NCBI GenBank assembly: GCA_965240855.1
Contig: CBDEMG010000036.1
Span: 15,917-79,916, forward strand
Source: an uncultured Bacteroidia bacterium
Lineage (GTDB): Bacteria > Bacteroidota > Bacteroidia > Bacteroidales > CAJPTX01
Direction of reading: 5' to 3'
Length of the DNA stretch: 64,000 nucleotides
Below are positions 45,997 to 55,700 of this stretch, in pieces; the stretch's first letter is position 1, and every line of letters starts with the position of its first letter. Under the pieces are notes generated by a model. That model was not told where the DNA came from. It searched no databases and was given only the letters and a program-made list of their open reading frames with translations. The position numbers and the translations under genes are program-made.

Positions 45997-46647
45997 CTAG
46001 AAAGGGTAGTAGTTTGGGATTAAAATTTGGGAAAATAGTACTCTAAAGAGTGAAAAAATAGTCTTTAGAGGATCTAAAAAATGCGTTTTCGATAAGTCTA
46101 AGATTAGTAGTCGTTTGTAGAAAAAGCTTGTTTTGTGATTAAAGTTTGGATAAGTAGAGCGGTTTGTTCGAATAAAAAAATATTACATATAACACAAAAA
46201 ACACTTATTGATATAATAAAACCTAGAATAAAAATACAGGGATTTTTTTTATTATACAAGATATCTACAAGAGATATTTGTTATAAATATATGAATAATA
46301 GGATATTATATAATGATAACAATACAATTGATAATAATGTATTAATAAATAAAGTTGGAATATAGCCAATAGAATTAAAAGAGAAAGGATAGTGAGGGGC
46401 GAGAATTGATCCCTGTTAGTACCGTGAGGAAAGTGGTGTTCAGACCGTAGAATATTTTTGTATAAAGAGTTTTTTGTAGATGAATAGAGAAACATCAGTA
46501 TCTTTTTTTCTGGAAATTAGATCATCTAGAGTTTCTTCGATCTTCTAGATTCTTTTATACTAGAATAGAACTGTCTTTTGACATACACGAGTAGACAATA
46601 TTGATAAAATGTCAGTATCTACCATTGGTAGGACATTCAACAAAAGA

Positions 46648-46677
46648 TTTGGCAAGATTGTCTTTTTGTTAGTTTTG
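46648..46677 (+). promoter_or_regulatory. candidate nrdDG promoter (-33 TTTG, 18-nt spacer, -7 TAGTTTTG)
   Basis: TTTG at 46648-46651 and TAGTTTTG at 46670-46677. ATG is at 46699. Confidence 0.45.
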
Positions 46678-46698
46678 TCAGTGTAAAACATAACCACA

Positions 46699-49188
46699 AT
46701 GGAAGTAAAACAATCATTCAACGAACCAGTGGCTTTTAGCTTTGAGCCAGAGAGCAGTGAGCCATCAACTAGCTATGTCGTCCTCAAACGAGACGATACC
46801 CCTGTGAGCTACGATCCTCAACGTATCCGTGCCGCTATAAGTAAAGCTTATCAAGCTGATGGGAGCGAGCCTGATATGTCCGTTATTAATGTAATAGTAC
46901 GGAGTATCGATGCTGCGATACAGATTTCTGGTCGCATGGGAGTAGAGGAAATTCAGGATCGAGTTGAGAAAGAACTGATGCGCTATAATCCTCACGTAGC
47001 GCAGTTGTATATTCATTATCGTCACAAACGCGATAAAGCACGTTGGGAGCGTATGAACCTCAAGGGGATGTTCGACCCTATAGTGAACGTTGAACCTTGT
47101 GAGCTAAACCGCAGTAATGCGAATATGTCGGCGCATACACCCGCAGGTCAGATGATGACCTTTGCCTCAGAGTTAGCCCGCAAGGATGCTATAAGTGGTC
47201 GCCTCTCGTACGCTTATGGTATGCAGCATGCGACGGGGGAGATCCATATCCATGATTTAGATTATTACCCAACCAAGACAACTACATGCCTTCAGTATGA
47301 TCTTGGCGCACTTTACGAGAACGGATTCCGTACGAAGAATGGTTCGGTACGAACACCACAGAACATTCAAAGTTATGCTACGTTGGCGACGATAGTATTC
47401 CAGACTAATCAGAACGAACAACATGGAGGTCAGGCGATACCTGCTTTTGATTTCTTTATGGCTCCTGGGGTACGGAAATCGTTCCATAAACACCTCTCGC
47501 AAAAATTGGTATATACATATCAAGACATCTATGGTTTCGAACTCTCGGAGCATGAAGAGGAGTCGTTAGAGCGTCGTATTCGTGCGATACTCTGGGAGCG
47601 TGAGGTTGCATTGGGAGATGATCATGCTACGCAGTCGGTACTAGACGAGATTACGCGTATCCTAGGTATACAACTCACCTCTGCTGGTTTGCATCTAGCA
47701 TTACGTGAGGCCGTTCGTCTGACCAAGATAGATACACACCAAGCCATGGAAGGTTTCCTTCATAACCTAAATACGATGCATTCGCGTGGGGGAAATCAAG
47801 TGGTGTTTAGTTCTATAAACTATGGAACGGACGTATCGCCCGAGGGGCGTATGTTGATGCGTGCTTTGCTTAAGGCAACAGAGGAGGGCTTAGGTAAGAA
47901 GGAGACTCCTATTTTTCCTATCCAGATCTTTAAACTCAAGAAAGGTGTGAGTTTCAGTGATGCCGATTTAGCAAAAGCGTTGAACGACTGGCAAGGTGCA
48001 TTAGATGGGAAGTTAGAATTCGAAGCCCCCAATTTTGATTTGTTTGTAGAGGCGTGTCGTACAACAGCGCATGCTCTCTTTCCGAATTTTTTGAATTTGG
48101 ATGCTCCCTTTAATTTTGATCCAGAATGGCGCGCAGAAGATCCGAAACGTTACTATCATGAGGTGGCTACAATGGGGTGTCGTACACGCGTGTACGAGAA
48201 TATAAACGGACCTCGGACTTCTGTAGGACGCGGAAACTTATCGTTTACCTCTATTAATATGCCGCGTTTGGCTATTGAGGCTCGTATGGCAGCAGAGCGC
48301 GAAGCCTTTAATGCGGGTGAGGAGAAGATACAAGCCTTGGCGAAGATCTATTTTCTAGATAAGTTGGAGGAGAAAGCTCGCTTGGTAGGAAATCAACTTT
48401 ATGAGCGCTACAAATTTCAACAAACAGCTTATGCCTTCCAATTCCCCTTTATGATGACTAACAATGTCTGGAAGGGCGGTGGTGACTTAAAACCCGATGA
48501 TATGGTAGGTGAGGTGATCTCCCAAGGAACTCTTGCTATTGGTTTTATTGGTGGTCATAACGCTATGGTAGCCCTCTTTGGAGAGGGGCATGGTAGGAGT
48601 CAAAAATCGTGGGACACACTCTATGAGGCCTTGTTATTAATGAACAAGGTTGCGAAGGAGTATAAAGAACGTTATCACTTAAATTATTCGGTAATAGCGA
48701 CACCTGCGGAGGGTTTGTCAGGGCGTTTTACCAAGCTTGATCGAAAGAAGTATGGGACAATTCCAGGAGTGACAGATCGCGACTACTATGTAAATTCGTT
48801 CCATATCGATGTGCGTGAGCCAATTAGTATGCAAGAGAAGATTCGTAAAGAGGCTCCTTTCCATGCACTCACGTTGGGAGGGCATATCACTTATGTCGAA
48901 CTCGATGGAGAGACGAAGAAGAACTCGAGTTCGATTGCTCGGATTGTAAAGATGATGATAGACAATGGTATAGGTTATGGCTCTATTAATCATCCTGTTG
49001 ATACCTGCCGAGGTTGTGGTTATAAGGGTGTGATACATGATAAATGCCCAGTTTGTGCTTCCGATCAGATTACTCGTATACGGCGTATTACTGGCTATTT
49101 AACGGGAAGCTTGGATAGTTGGAATGGTGCTAAACAAGCCGAGGAGCGCGATAGAGTAAAACACGGTATACACGCAAGAAAAGAGTAA
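46699..49188 (+). CDS. nrdD: anaerobic ribonucleoside-triphosphate reductase (class III), with N-terminal ATP-cone
   Basis: ATP-cone: VVLKRDDTPVSYDPQRIRAAISKAY. C-terminal zinc site CRGCGY...CPVC. Glycyl-radical motif RIRRITGYL. Confidence 0.93.
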   Translation: MEVKQSFNEPVAFSFEPESSEPSTSYVVLKRDDTPVSYDPQRIRAAISKAYQADGSEPDMSVINVIVRSIDAAIQISGRMGVEEIQDRVEKELMRYNPHVAQLYIHYRHKRDKARWERMNLKGMFDPIVNVEPCELNRSNANMSAHTPAGQMMTFASELARKDAISGRLSYAYGMQHATGEIHIHDLDYYPTKTTTCLQYDLGALYENGFRTKNGSVRTPQNIQSYATLATIVFQTNQNEQHGGQAIPAFDFFMAPGVRKSFHKHLSQKLVYTYQDIYGFELSEHEEESLERRIRAILWEREVALGDDHATQSVLDEITRILGIQLTSAGLHLALREAVRLTKIDTHQAMEGFLHNLNTMHSRGGNQVVFSSINYGTDVSPEGRMLMRALLKATEEGLGKKETPIFPIQIFKLKKGVSFSDADLAKALNDWQGALDGKLEFEAPNFDLFVEACRTTAHALFPNFLNLDAPFNFDPEWRAEDPKRYYHEVATMGCRTRVYENINGPRTSVGRGNLSFTSINMPRLAIEARMAAEREAFNAGEEKIQALAKIYFLDKLEEKARLVGNQLYERYKFQQTAYAFQFPFMMTNNVWKGGGDLKPDDMVGEVISQGTLAIGFIGGHNAMVALFGEGHGRSQKSWDTLYEALLLMNKVAKEYKERYHLNYSVIATPAEGLSGRFTKLDRKKYGTIPGVTDRDYYVNSFHIDVREPISMQEKIRKEAPFHALTLGGHITYVELDGETKKNSSSIARIVKMMIDNGIGYGSINHPVDTCRGCGYKGVIHDKCPVCASDQITRIRRITGYLTGSLDSWNGAKQAEERDRVKHGIHARKE

Positions 49189-49217
49189 ACAGAGTGTGTA
49201 GTGGTATTGATTTTGTG

Positions 49218-49255
49218 AGGTCTCGCGGAAGAAATTTTGCGAGACCTTTCTTTTT
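49218..49255 (+). terminator. intra-operon hairpin with U-tract between nrdD and nrdG (partial terminator or attenuator)
   Basis: AGGTCTCGC (49218-49226) pairs with GCGAGACCT (49239-49247), followed by TTCTTTTT. Confidence 0.6.
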
Positions 49256-49306
49256 GTGGAGAGAAATACGATCGAGTAATTTTGTGTGCGAGATTTTTTT
49301 TACGAG

Positions 49307-49855
49307 ATGAGTTTAGTAGAATATCAATTACATCTCTTAGATGTATATCCAGAGACAATTGTAGATGGTGAGGGATTGCGCTATGCTTTTTATTTAGCAG
49401 GTTGTCTGCATGCTTGTCCTCACTGCCATAATCCACAGAGTTGGGATCCTAATAGAGGAGAATTATTAACTGATGAGCTATTAGAAGAGCATATACGGAG
49501 TATTCGAGAGAATACTCTGCTTAATGGCGTTACTATAACGGGGGGGGATCCCTTTTATAATCCAGAAGGTCTGTTAGCACTCCTAAAAATTCTGAAATCG
49601 AGTTTAAATGCTAATATTTGGTGTTATACGGGGTATACCTTAGAAAAATTAGCAGCTACACCACGACTCTTGGCTCCTTTGGAATATATAGATGTCCTAG
49701 TAGATGGTCCGTTCATTCAAGAGATTCGTACCGAAGATTTGAGAAATGAGATGTTAGGCGGGGCGATGCTAGAGTTCCGAGGAAGTTCGAATCAACGGAT
49801 TATAACGAATCCTTATGCGGAGGCTTTGTCGTTGCAAATCAGGAGAAAAGAATGA
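49307..49855 (+). CDS. nrdG: anaerobic ribonucleotide reductase activating protein (radical SAM)
   Basis: DGEGLRYAFYLAGCLHACPHCHN (the CX3CX2C motif). GVTITGGDP. ATG at 49307 (MSLVEYQ...). The track start at 49286 is GTG. Confidence 0.88.
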   Translation: MSLVEYQLHLLDVYPETIVDGEGLRYAFYLAGCLHACPHCHNPQSWDPNRGELLTDELLEEHIRSIRENTLLNGVTITGGDPFYNPEGLLALLKILKSSLNANIWCYTGYTLEKLAATPRLLAPLEYIDVLVDGPFIQEIRTEDLRNEMLGGAMLEFRGSSNQRIITNPYAEALSLQIRRKE

Positions 49856-49906
49856 AATGGGAGTACTGAATTCGGTATATCTTTGTACTGCTAATATTTA
49901 GTTTCG

Positions 49907-52696
49907 ATGGTAAGCAAAGAAGCGCAAGGTTATATAGAATTGGAGGGTGTGTATGTAAATAATCTGGAGATAGAGTCTCTTCGCATACCTCGCGGAAAGT
50001 TTATCGTCTTAACAGGATTGTCAGGCTCGGGGAAATCTTCTCTTGCATTTGACACATTATATGCAGAGGGACATCGTCGGTACGTACAAAGCTTGTCCTC
50101 GTATGCACGCCAGTTTCTTGATCGTTTACCTAAGCCTGATGCACGTCGTATTGTTGGTATACCGCCCGCAATAGTAATAGAGCAGCGGGTGAGTAATCGT
50201 AATCCCCGTTCGACGGTGGGTACAATGTCCGAAATTTACGAGCACTTGAGTTTGCTTTATGCTCGAGTTGGACACTTGGTTTCGCCAAAGACAGGAAAGG
50301 AGGTTGTCTGTCATAGAATCAAAGATGTCGTCGACTTCATTGTCTCCCATTTAGGTCGGAGAGTCGTATTATTGTCACCCTTTCCTGCCCCAGATATCGA
50401 AGCGCTAAAAATTCAGCTCGAAATATTTAAACGTGATGGCTATACTCGAGTCTTTACACAAGATAAGATATTCGATTTAGGCGCCTCCGAAGTACTTACT
50501 GCCTATTTAGAGGGGGCTTCGATCTATCTTCTAATCGATCGCTTTGTGGTAGAAGATGATGCCGAGTTTTTGATGCGATGTGGCGATTCGGTAGAGGCTG
50601 CCTATCGGATAGGAGAACAAGCGTGTCGCGTGGCACTCTTACAAGAGGATGGCAGTTTTCGTTATAGCGATTTTAGTGCACGCCTAGAAGCCGAAGGTGT
50701 AGAATTTCAAGCCCCAACCCTTGCTTTGTTCAATTTTAATAATCCTCAAGGTGCTTGCCCAGAATGTAATGGTTATGGGCGCATTACAGGGATTGATGAA
50801 GATCTGGTGATCCCCGATAAATTGCGCTCAATTTATTCTGATGCCGTAGTATGTTGGCGAGGGCAAGTACAAGGTTTGTTGCGCGAAGATTTTATACAGA
50901 AATCTGCCAAGTACAACTTCCCTATACATCGTCCGTACTATCAGCTAACAGAATCGGAGAAAGATTTGTTGTGGAATGGTGATGGGAAAGATGTCCATGG
51001 GATAAACGAATTCTTTAGATTTCTCGAAAGCCGAAAGGATAAGATTCAGCATCGGATTCTCATCGCTCGTTTTACGGGTAAGACTCTTTGTTCATCTTGT
51101 CATGGTCGTAGGTTGCGCGAAGAGGCTAGATGGGTAAAAATTGCAGGCAAGGCGATAACAGATCTTGTAGATATTCCCTTGACAGAATTGGCAGAGTTTG
51201 TCAATTCTCTGACCTTCGATGCGCACGATATGCAGGTAGCCAAGAGGATATTGACGGAACTTCGTACACGTTTACACTACCTATTGGAGGTAGGAGTAGG
51301 CTATTTGACTCTCAACCGAATGGCAAGCACCCTCTCTGGTGGTGAGACACAACGCATCCATTTGGCGACCTCGTTAGGTAGTGCACTTGTGGGAGCCCTA
51401 TATATATTAGACGAGCCAAGTATTGGGTTGCATAGTATTGATACTAAGCGACTACTTGGGGTACTACGGAGTATGCAAGCACAAGGTAATACTGTTTTGG
51501 TGGTTGAGCACGATTTGGATATTATTCGCGCTGCTGATGAGGTGATAGATATGGGACCTCGGGCGGGAATTTTTGGTGGTAAAGTGGTATATCAGGGCGA
51601 TATTGAAGGACTCGAAGCTTCGGAAACGAGTTTGACAGGAGGGTATCTATCGGGTAGGTTGCATCTTACCTCGCGCCCTAGGCGTAAAGCTTCAAAAAAG
51701 CTTGTAACGATCGAGAATGTTATTGTAAATAATCTTCAAGATGTGACGGTGAGTATCCCTCTTGGCGTTCTAACGGTCATAACAGGAGTGAGTGGTTCGG
51801 GGAAATCTTCATTGGTTCGCGAGGCTCTTATTCCTGCTCTTGAGAGCTTGTATTTAGCCTCTCGCCCTTCAGTGCAAAACTATTCTAAGGTATCTTATTC
51901 AGAGAGTAGCCCCTTAGCAGTGGAGTTTGTAGATCAAAATCCACTCTCGCGTTCGTTACGCTCTACACCCGTTACGTATATCAAAGCTTTTGATGATATT
52001 CGCAGCCTTTTTGCTGAACAACCCTTAGCAAAGAATATGGGCTATCAGCGTTCCGTCTTTTCGTTCAATGCACCTGGGGGGCGTTGCGAAATGTGTGAGG
52101 GTATGGGGGTACAAGTGATTGGTATGCAATTTATGGCCGATGTCACAGTAAAGTGTGAACAGTGTCACGGACATCGCTATCGAGAGGAGATTCTCGAGGT
52201 GAAATATCGAGGTAAGAATATTTACGATATACTCGAAATGACCGTGGCCGAGGCATTAGCTTTTTTTGCGGATGACGATAATCTGAATTGCAGACGCATC
52301 GTAAAGCGCTTGCAAATTCTCAATGACGTAGGACTCGATTACATCAAACTCGGTATTGGAACTAGCGAGTTATCGGGAGGCGAAGCGCAGCGTCTCAAAC
52401 TCTCGTTATATTTGGCAGATCCAGGAAATTTTCCTCCTACATTCTTTGCTTTTGACGAACCGACTACGGGCTTACATATTGCTGATATCGACCGTTTGTT
52501 GCAAGTTTTCGATGCCTTACTTGATCATGGCCATACGGTGGTGCTCATCGAGCATAATTTGGATGTAATACGCCAAGCAGATTGGATTATAGATCTTGGT
52601 CCTGGAGCAGGAAATCTGGGCGGAAAGTTAGTGGGAGTAGGCACACCAGACGAGATCGCAAAGAATTCGGAGAGTGTTACAGGAAAGTTTATTTGA
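49907..52696 (+). CDS. uvrA: excinuclease ABC subunit A
   Basis: IVLTGLSGSGKSSLAFDTLYAEGHRRYVQSLSSYARQFL. Zinc modules CPECNGYG and CEMCEGMG...CEQCHG. Second Walker A is VITGVSGSGKSS. LSGGEAQR appears twice. Confidence 0.88.
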   Translation: MVSKEAQGYIELEGVYVNNLEIESLRIPRGKFIVLTGLSGSGKSSLAFDTLYAEGHRRYVQSLSSYARQFLDRLPKPDARRIVGIPPAIVIEQRVSNRNPRSTVGTMSEIYEHLSLLYARVGHLVSPKTGKEVVCHRIKDVVDFIVSHLGRRVVLLSPFPAPDIEALKIQLEIFKRDGYTRVFTQDKIFDLGASEVLTAYLEGASIYLLIDRFVVEDDAEFLMRCGDSVEAAYRIGEQACRVALLQEDGSFRYSDFSARLEAEGVEFQAPTLALFNFNNPQGACPECNGYGRITGIDEDLVIPDKLRSIYSDAVVCWRGQVQGLLREDFIQKSAKYNFPIHRPYYQLTESEKDLLWNGDGKDVHGINEFFRFLESRKDKIQHRILIARFTGKTLCSSCHGRRLREEARWVKIAGKAITDLVDIPLTELAEFVNSLTFDAHDMQVAKRILTELRTRLHYLLEVGVGYLTLNRMASTLSGGETQRIHLATSLGSALVGALYILDEPSIGLHSIDTKRLLGVLRSMQAQGNTVLVVEHDLDIIRAADEVIDMGPRAGIFGGKVVYQGDIEGLEASETSLTGGYLSGRLHLTSRPRRKASKKLVTIENVIVNNLQDVTVSIPLGVLTVITGVSGSGKSSLVREALIPALESLYLASRPSVQNYSKVSYSESSPLAVEFVDQNPLSRSLRSTPVTYIKAFDDIRSLFAEQPLAKNMGYQRSVFSFNAPGGRCEMCEGMGVQVIGMQFMADVTVKCEQCHGHRYREEILEVKYRGKNIYDILEMTVAEALAFFADDDNLNCRRIVKRLQILNDVGLDYIKLGIGTSELSGGEAQRLKLSLYLADPGNFPPTFFAFDEPTTGLHIADIDRLLQVFDALLDHGHTVVLIEHNLDVIRQADWIIDLGPGAGNLGGKLVGVGTPDEIAKNSESVTGKFI

Positions 52697-52750
52697 CGGT
52701 AGTTCTACAACTGATTTGTTTTTCGCTTTTTAAGCGACTAACGCGTCCTT

Positions 52751-52782
52751 TTTGTTGGGAAAAGGAATGCGTACTATATTTG
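52751..52782 (+). promoter_or_regulatory. candidate rlmD promoter (-33 TTTG, 20-nt spacer, -7 TATATTTG)
   Basis: TTTG at 52751-52754 and TATATTTG at 52775-52782. ATG is at 52817. Confidence 0.4.
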
Positions 52783-52816
52783 TATAGTAGGTATTATTTA
52801 GGGATGGAGCGAGTAT

Positions 52817-54226
52817 ATGGGGCGTCGCGGTCGTTTGCTTGAATTCGTTGTCCGTATAGAGCGACTAGCAGCAGAGGGTAAAGCGGTTGCCTATGCACAG
52901 GGGTGCATTCTTTTTGTAGAAGGGGTTGTACCTGGTGATGTGGTCAGAGTACAGGTGAGCAAGAAGAAGGCGAATTACATGGATGGGTATGTGGTGGAAC
53001 ATCTCGCATACTCTTCTCTACGAGTAGCACCGCCATGTAAGCATTTTCAGGAGTGTGGTGGTTGTCAGTGGCAGATGTTGCCCTATACATTAGAGTTGCA
53101 AGCCAAGGAGTCGCAGGTCTATGAGCAGCTTACTCATATTGGGGGGATACACCCCTTGCGAGAAGCGCATAAAATTCTGGGAGCGAGCCCTACATTTCAT
53201 TACCGAAATAAACTCGAATTTACTTTTTCACCCCGCGGTTGGCAGACAGCAACTTATACGAAAGGAGAAGGGTATCCCCTTGCATTGGGTTTTCACATCC
53301 CCAAGAAATTCGATCGTGTTCTAGATATAGAGCAGTGTTTGTTGCAACCCGAAATCTCGAATACGCTTCGCAATACGATACGCACGTATTGCATTGCAAA
53401 AGGACTCACGTTCTACGATGCTAAAACCCAAACAGGGCTTTTGCGCAATTTGATGCTTCGTATTACAACGACGGAGCAAATTATGCTCTTACTTATCGTT
53501 ACAGCTTGGACATCAGAAGTAAGTTCTTTGCTCGATTATGTTCGAGTGTGCTTTCCACAAATAACTTCCTTATTATGGGCAGTAAATGACAAAGTAAACG
53601 ATACGATTTACGATATCGAGATTCATTGTCACTCAGGAGTAACGACACTTTTGGAACAACTAGGGCATTTAACTTTCGAGATAGGTGCAAAATCTTTCTA
53701 TCAAACGAACTCTCGTCAAGCTCTTACGCTTTATAATGCTGTACGTAGAATGTCGCAGTTATCGGGGAAAGAAATTCTCTACGACTTATATACAGGAACG
53801 GGAACAATAGCCCTCTACCTTGCATGTGCAGCAAAGCGCGTTGTAGGTATAGAAACTGTGCCAGAGGCAATAGACGATGCGCGTCGTAATGCCAAGCGCA
53901 ATGGGATAACCAATGCAGATTTTGTGGTGGGCGATGTTTTGGATGTCCTATCTCCGAAGTTTATAGAGCAGTATGGTCACCCAGATGTTCTAGTTACCGA
54001 CCCGCCACGTGCAGGAATGCACCCTAAAGTCATCTCTTTTTTATTGACTTTATTGCCACGGAGGATAATCTATGTAAGTTGTAATCCGGCTACCCAAGCC
54101 CGAGATCTAGCATTGTTATCGGTACGCTATGTAGTGTTAGAGATTCAGCCCGTGGATATGTTCCCACATACAAAGCATGTAGAGAATATTGCATTATTAG
54201 AATTGAGTGATATGGTTGATCTATAG
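52817..54226 (+). CDS. rlmD: 23S rRNA (uracil-C5)-methyltransferase RlmD/RumA family
   Basis: TRAM-like N-terminus. Fe-S Cys cluster CKHFQECGGCQWQ. SAM motif LYDLYTGTGTIAL. DPPRAGM. The catalytic-Cys region is YVSCNPAT. Confidence 0.85.
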   Translation: MGRRGRLLEFVVRIERLAAEGKAVAYAQGCILFVEGVVPGDVVRVQVSKKKANYMDGYVVEHLAYSSLRVAPPCKHFQECGGCQWQMLPYTLELQAKESQVYEQLTHIGGIHPLREAHKILGASPTFHYRNKLEFTFSPRGWQTATYTKGEGYPLALGFHIPKKFDRVLDIEQCLLQPEISNTLRNTIRTYCIAKGLTFYDAKTQTGLLRNLMLRITTTEQIMLLLIVTAWTSEVSSLLDYVRVCFPQITSLLWAVNDKVNDTIYDIEIHCHSGVTTLLEQLGHLTFEIGAKSFYQTNSRQALTLYNAVRRMSQLSGKEILYDLYTGTGTIALYLACAAKRVVGIETVPEAIDDARRNAKRNGITNADFVVGDVLDVLSPKFIEQYGHPDVLVTDPPRAGMHPKVISFLLTLLPRRIIYVSCNPATQARDLALLSVRYVVLEIQPVDMFPHTKHVENIALLELSDMVDL

Positions 54227-54276
54227 TTTATTAGGTAATTTAACTTGAAGTTAACGTATAAATTCCTTACTCTATT

Positions 54277-55668
54277 ATGATATACGATTTGATAGTTATC
54301 GGGAGCGGACCTGCTGGCTATGTTGCAGCTCTTGAGGGGGTAAAACGCGGAATGAAGCATGTTGCGATAATAGAACGCGAGGCTCTCGGAGGTGTTTGTC
54401 TGAATGTAGGCTGCATACCCACCAAGGCGTTATTACAAAGTGCGCACGTTTGTGAGGCGATTCGTACGGCGGGCGATTTCGGTGTTGTTGTAGATAATGC
54501 AATCATCAATTTTGAACGCGTGATTGAACGTAGTCGAGAGGTAGCAGCTACGATGAGTAAAGGAGTGCAGTTCTTACTCAACAAAGCGAAAGTAGAAGTA
54601 ATATATGGTACTGCTCGTCTCGTTGCACCTCACAAACTCCAAGTGAGCGATGAAAAGACAACGCAAGAGTTGGAAGCAAACCATATTATTATTGCTACAG
54701 GTGCTCGAGCGCGAGAATTACCTCAGCTCCCAGTAGATGGCAAAAGGATAATAACCTATCGCGAAGCGCTGACACAGACGACCCGTCCCGACACATTGGC
54801 AGTAGTGGGATCGGGGGCAATAGGTTCGGAATTAGCACAGTTTTACCATGCTATGGGAACGAAAGTCACTGTGATAGAAGCGCTCCCGAATTTATTACCC
54901 TTGGAGGATGAAGAGGTTTCGAAGGCTATTGGTCGCGCTTTCCGCAAAGCGAAAATCAGTACGATGTTAGGAGCTAAAGTCCTCGCCTGTAGTATAGACG
55001 AAAAAGGCTGTACATTAAAAATTGAGACAAGGAGTGGAGTAGAAGAGTTAGGTGTAGAACAAGTCTTATCGGCAGTTGGAATTCAAGCAAACATAGAGAA
55101 TTTGGGCTTAGAGACACTCGGTATACAAACCGAGCGTGGACGTATTGTTGTGGATGAATATTTTCGGACAAATGTGGAGGGCGTATATGCTGTAGGCGAT
55201 GTCATACCAACGATAGCGCTTGCGCATGTCGCTTCTTCAGAGGCAGTAGCTTGTGTGGCTGGGATAGTAGAAGGAGCTAAAGCGACCTTACCCAATTACG
55301 AGGTAATCCCTTCGTGTACCTATACGACCCCAGAAATTGGTTCTGTAGGTTTGCGCGAACGAGAAGCCAAAGAACGTGGCATAGAGTATTTTGTAGGGAA
55401 TTTTCCGTTTACAGCCTCAGGAAAAGCAACAGCAATGGCTTCCCGGGATGGCTTTGTAAAGTTATTGTTTGCCCAATCCACCCACCAGCTTCTCGGTGCA
55501 CATATCGTAGGCGCTTCGGCCACCGAGATGATTGCAGAATTAGCCCTAGCGATGCAAGCGGGAGTTACAGCAGAGCAATTGCATCATACAATTCATCCTC
55601 ACCCGACGCTCTCGGAGGCTGTAATGGAGGCAGCTGCCCAAGCACTCGGGGAGTGTGTACATCTGTAG
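54277..55668 (+). CDS. lpdA: dihydrolipoyl dehydrogenase
   Basis: DLIVIGSGPAGYVAA. Redox-active disulfide GGVCLNVGCIPTK. The C-terminal HPHPTLSE interface motif is present. Confidence 0.92.
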   Translation: MIYDLIVIGSGPAGYVAALEGVKRGMKHVAIIEREALGGVCLNVGCIPTKALLQSAHVCEAIRTAGDFGVVVDNAIINFERVIERSREVAATMSKGVQFLLNKAKVEVIYGTARLVAPHKLQVSDEKTTQELEANHIIIATGARARELPQLPVDGKRIITYREALTQTTRPDTLAVVGSGAIGSELAQFYHAMGTKVTVIEALPNLLPLEDEEVSKAIGRAFRKAKISTMLGAKVLACSIDEKGCTLKIETRSGVEELGVEQVLSAVGIQANIENLGLETLGIQTERGRIVVDEYFRTNVEGVYAVGDVIPTIALAHVASSEAVACVAGIVEGAKATLPNYEVIPSCTYTTPEIGSVGLREREAKERGIEYFVGNFPFTASGKATAMASRDGFVKLLFAQSTHQLLGAHIVGASATEMIAELALAMQAGVTAEQLHHTIHPHPTLSEAVMEAAAQALGECVHL

Positions 55669-55700
55669 AAATATAGAAGGCTATTGCAACTAACAAGAGA

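Noticed and set aside
46145-46153. TTTGGATAA, a one-mismatch DnaA box (TGTGGATAA), next to the AT-rich block at a point of divergent transcription. I considered this as a possible oriC.
   Set aside because: I found only this single imperfect box and no cluster of boxes. No dnaA, dnaN or other origin-linked genes are nearby, and gene orientation further left is mixed. A genome-wide GC-skew analysis would be needed.
46390-46450. GAGGAAAGT (46426-46434) resembles the RNase P RNA CR-I motif, and GGGGCGAGAATTGATCCC vaguely resembles a tmRNA 5' end. I also considered SRP RNA.
   Set aside because: None of the other conserved blocks of these RNAs follow. There is no GC-rich helical context, no ...TCCACCA 3' end and no GGAAGCAGC SRP motif. 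The surrounding DNA is AT-rich and unstructured.
46135-46495. Track ORFs 46135..46365 (plus strand, 76 aa) and 46265..46495 (minus strand, 76 aa) in the nrdD upstream region, considered as small proteins.
   Set aside because: Both are by-products of an AT-rich stretch. They are dominated by Ile, Asn, Tyr, Lys and Leu, they overlap each other on opposite strands, and neither has a promoter-like element in front.
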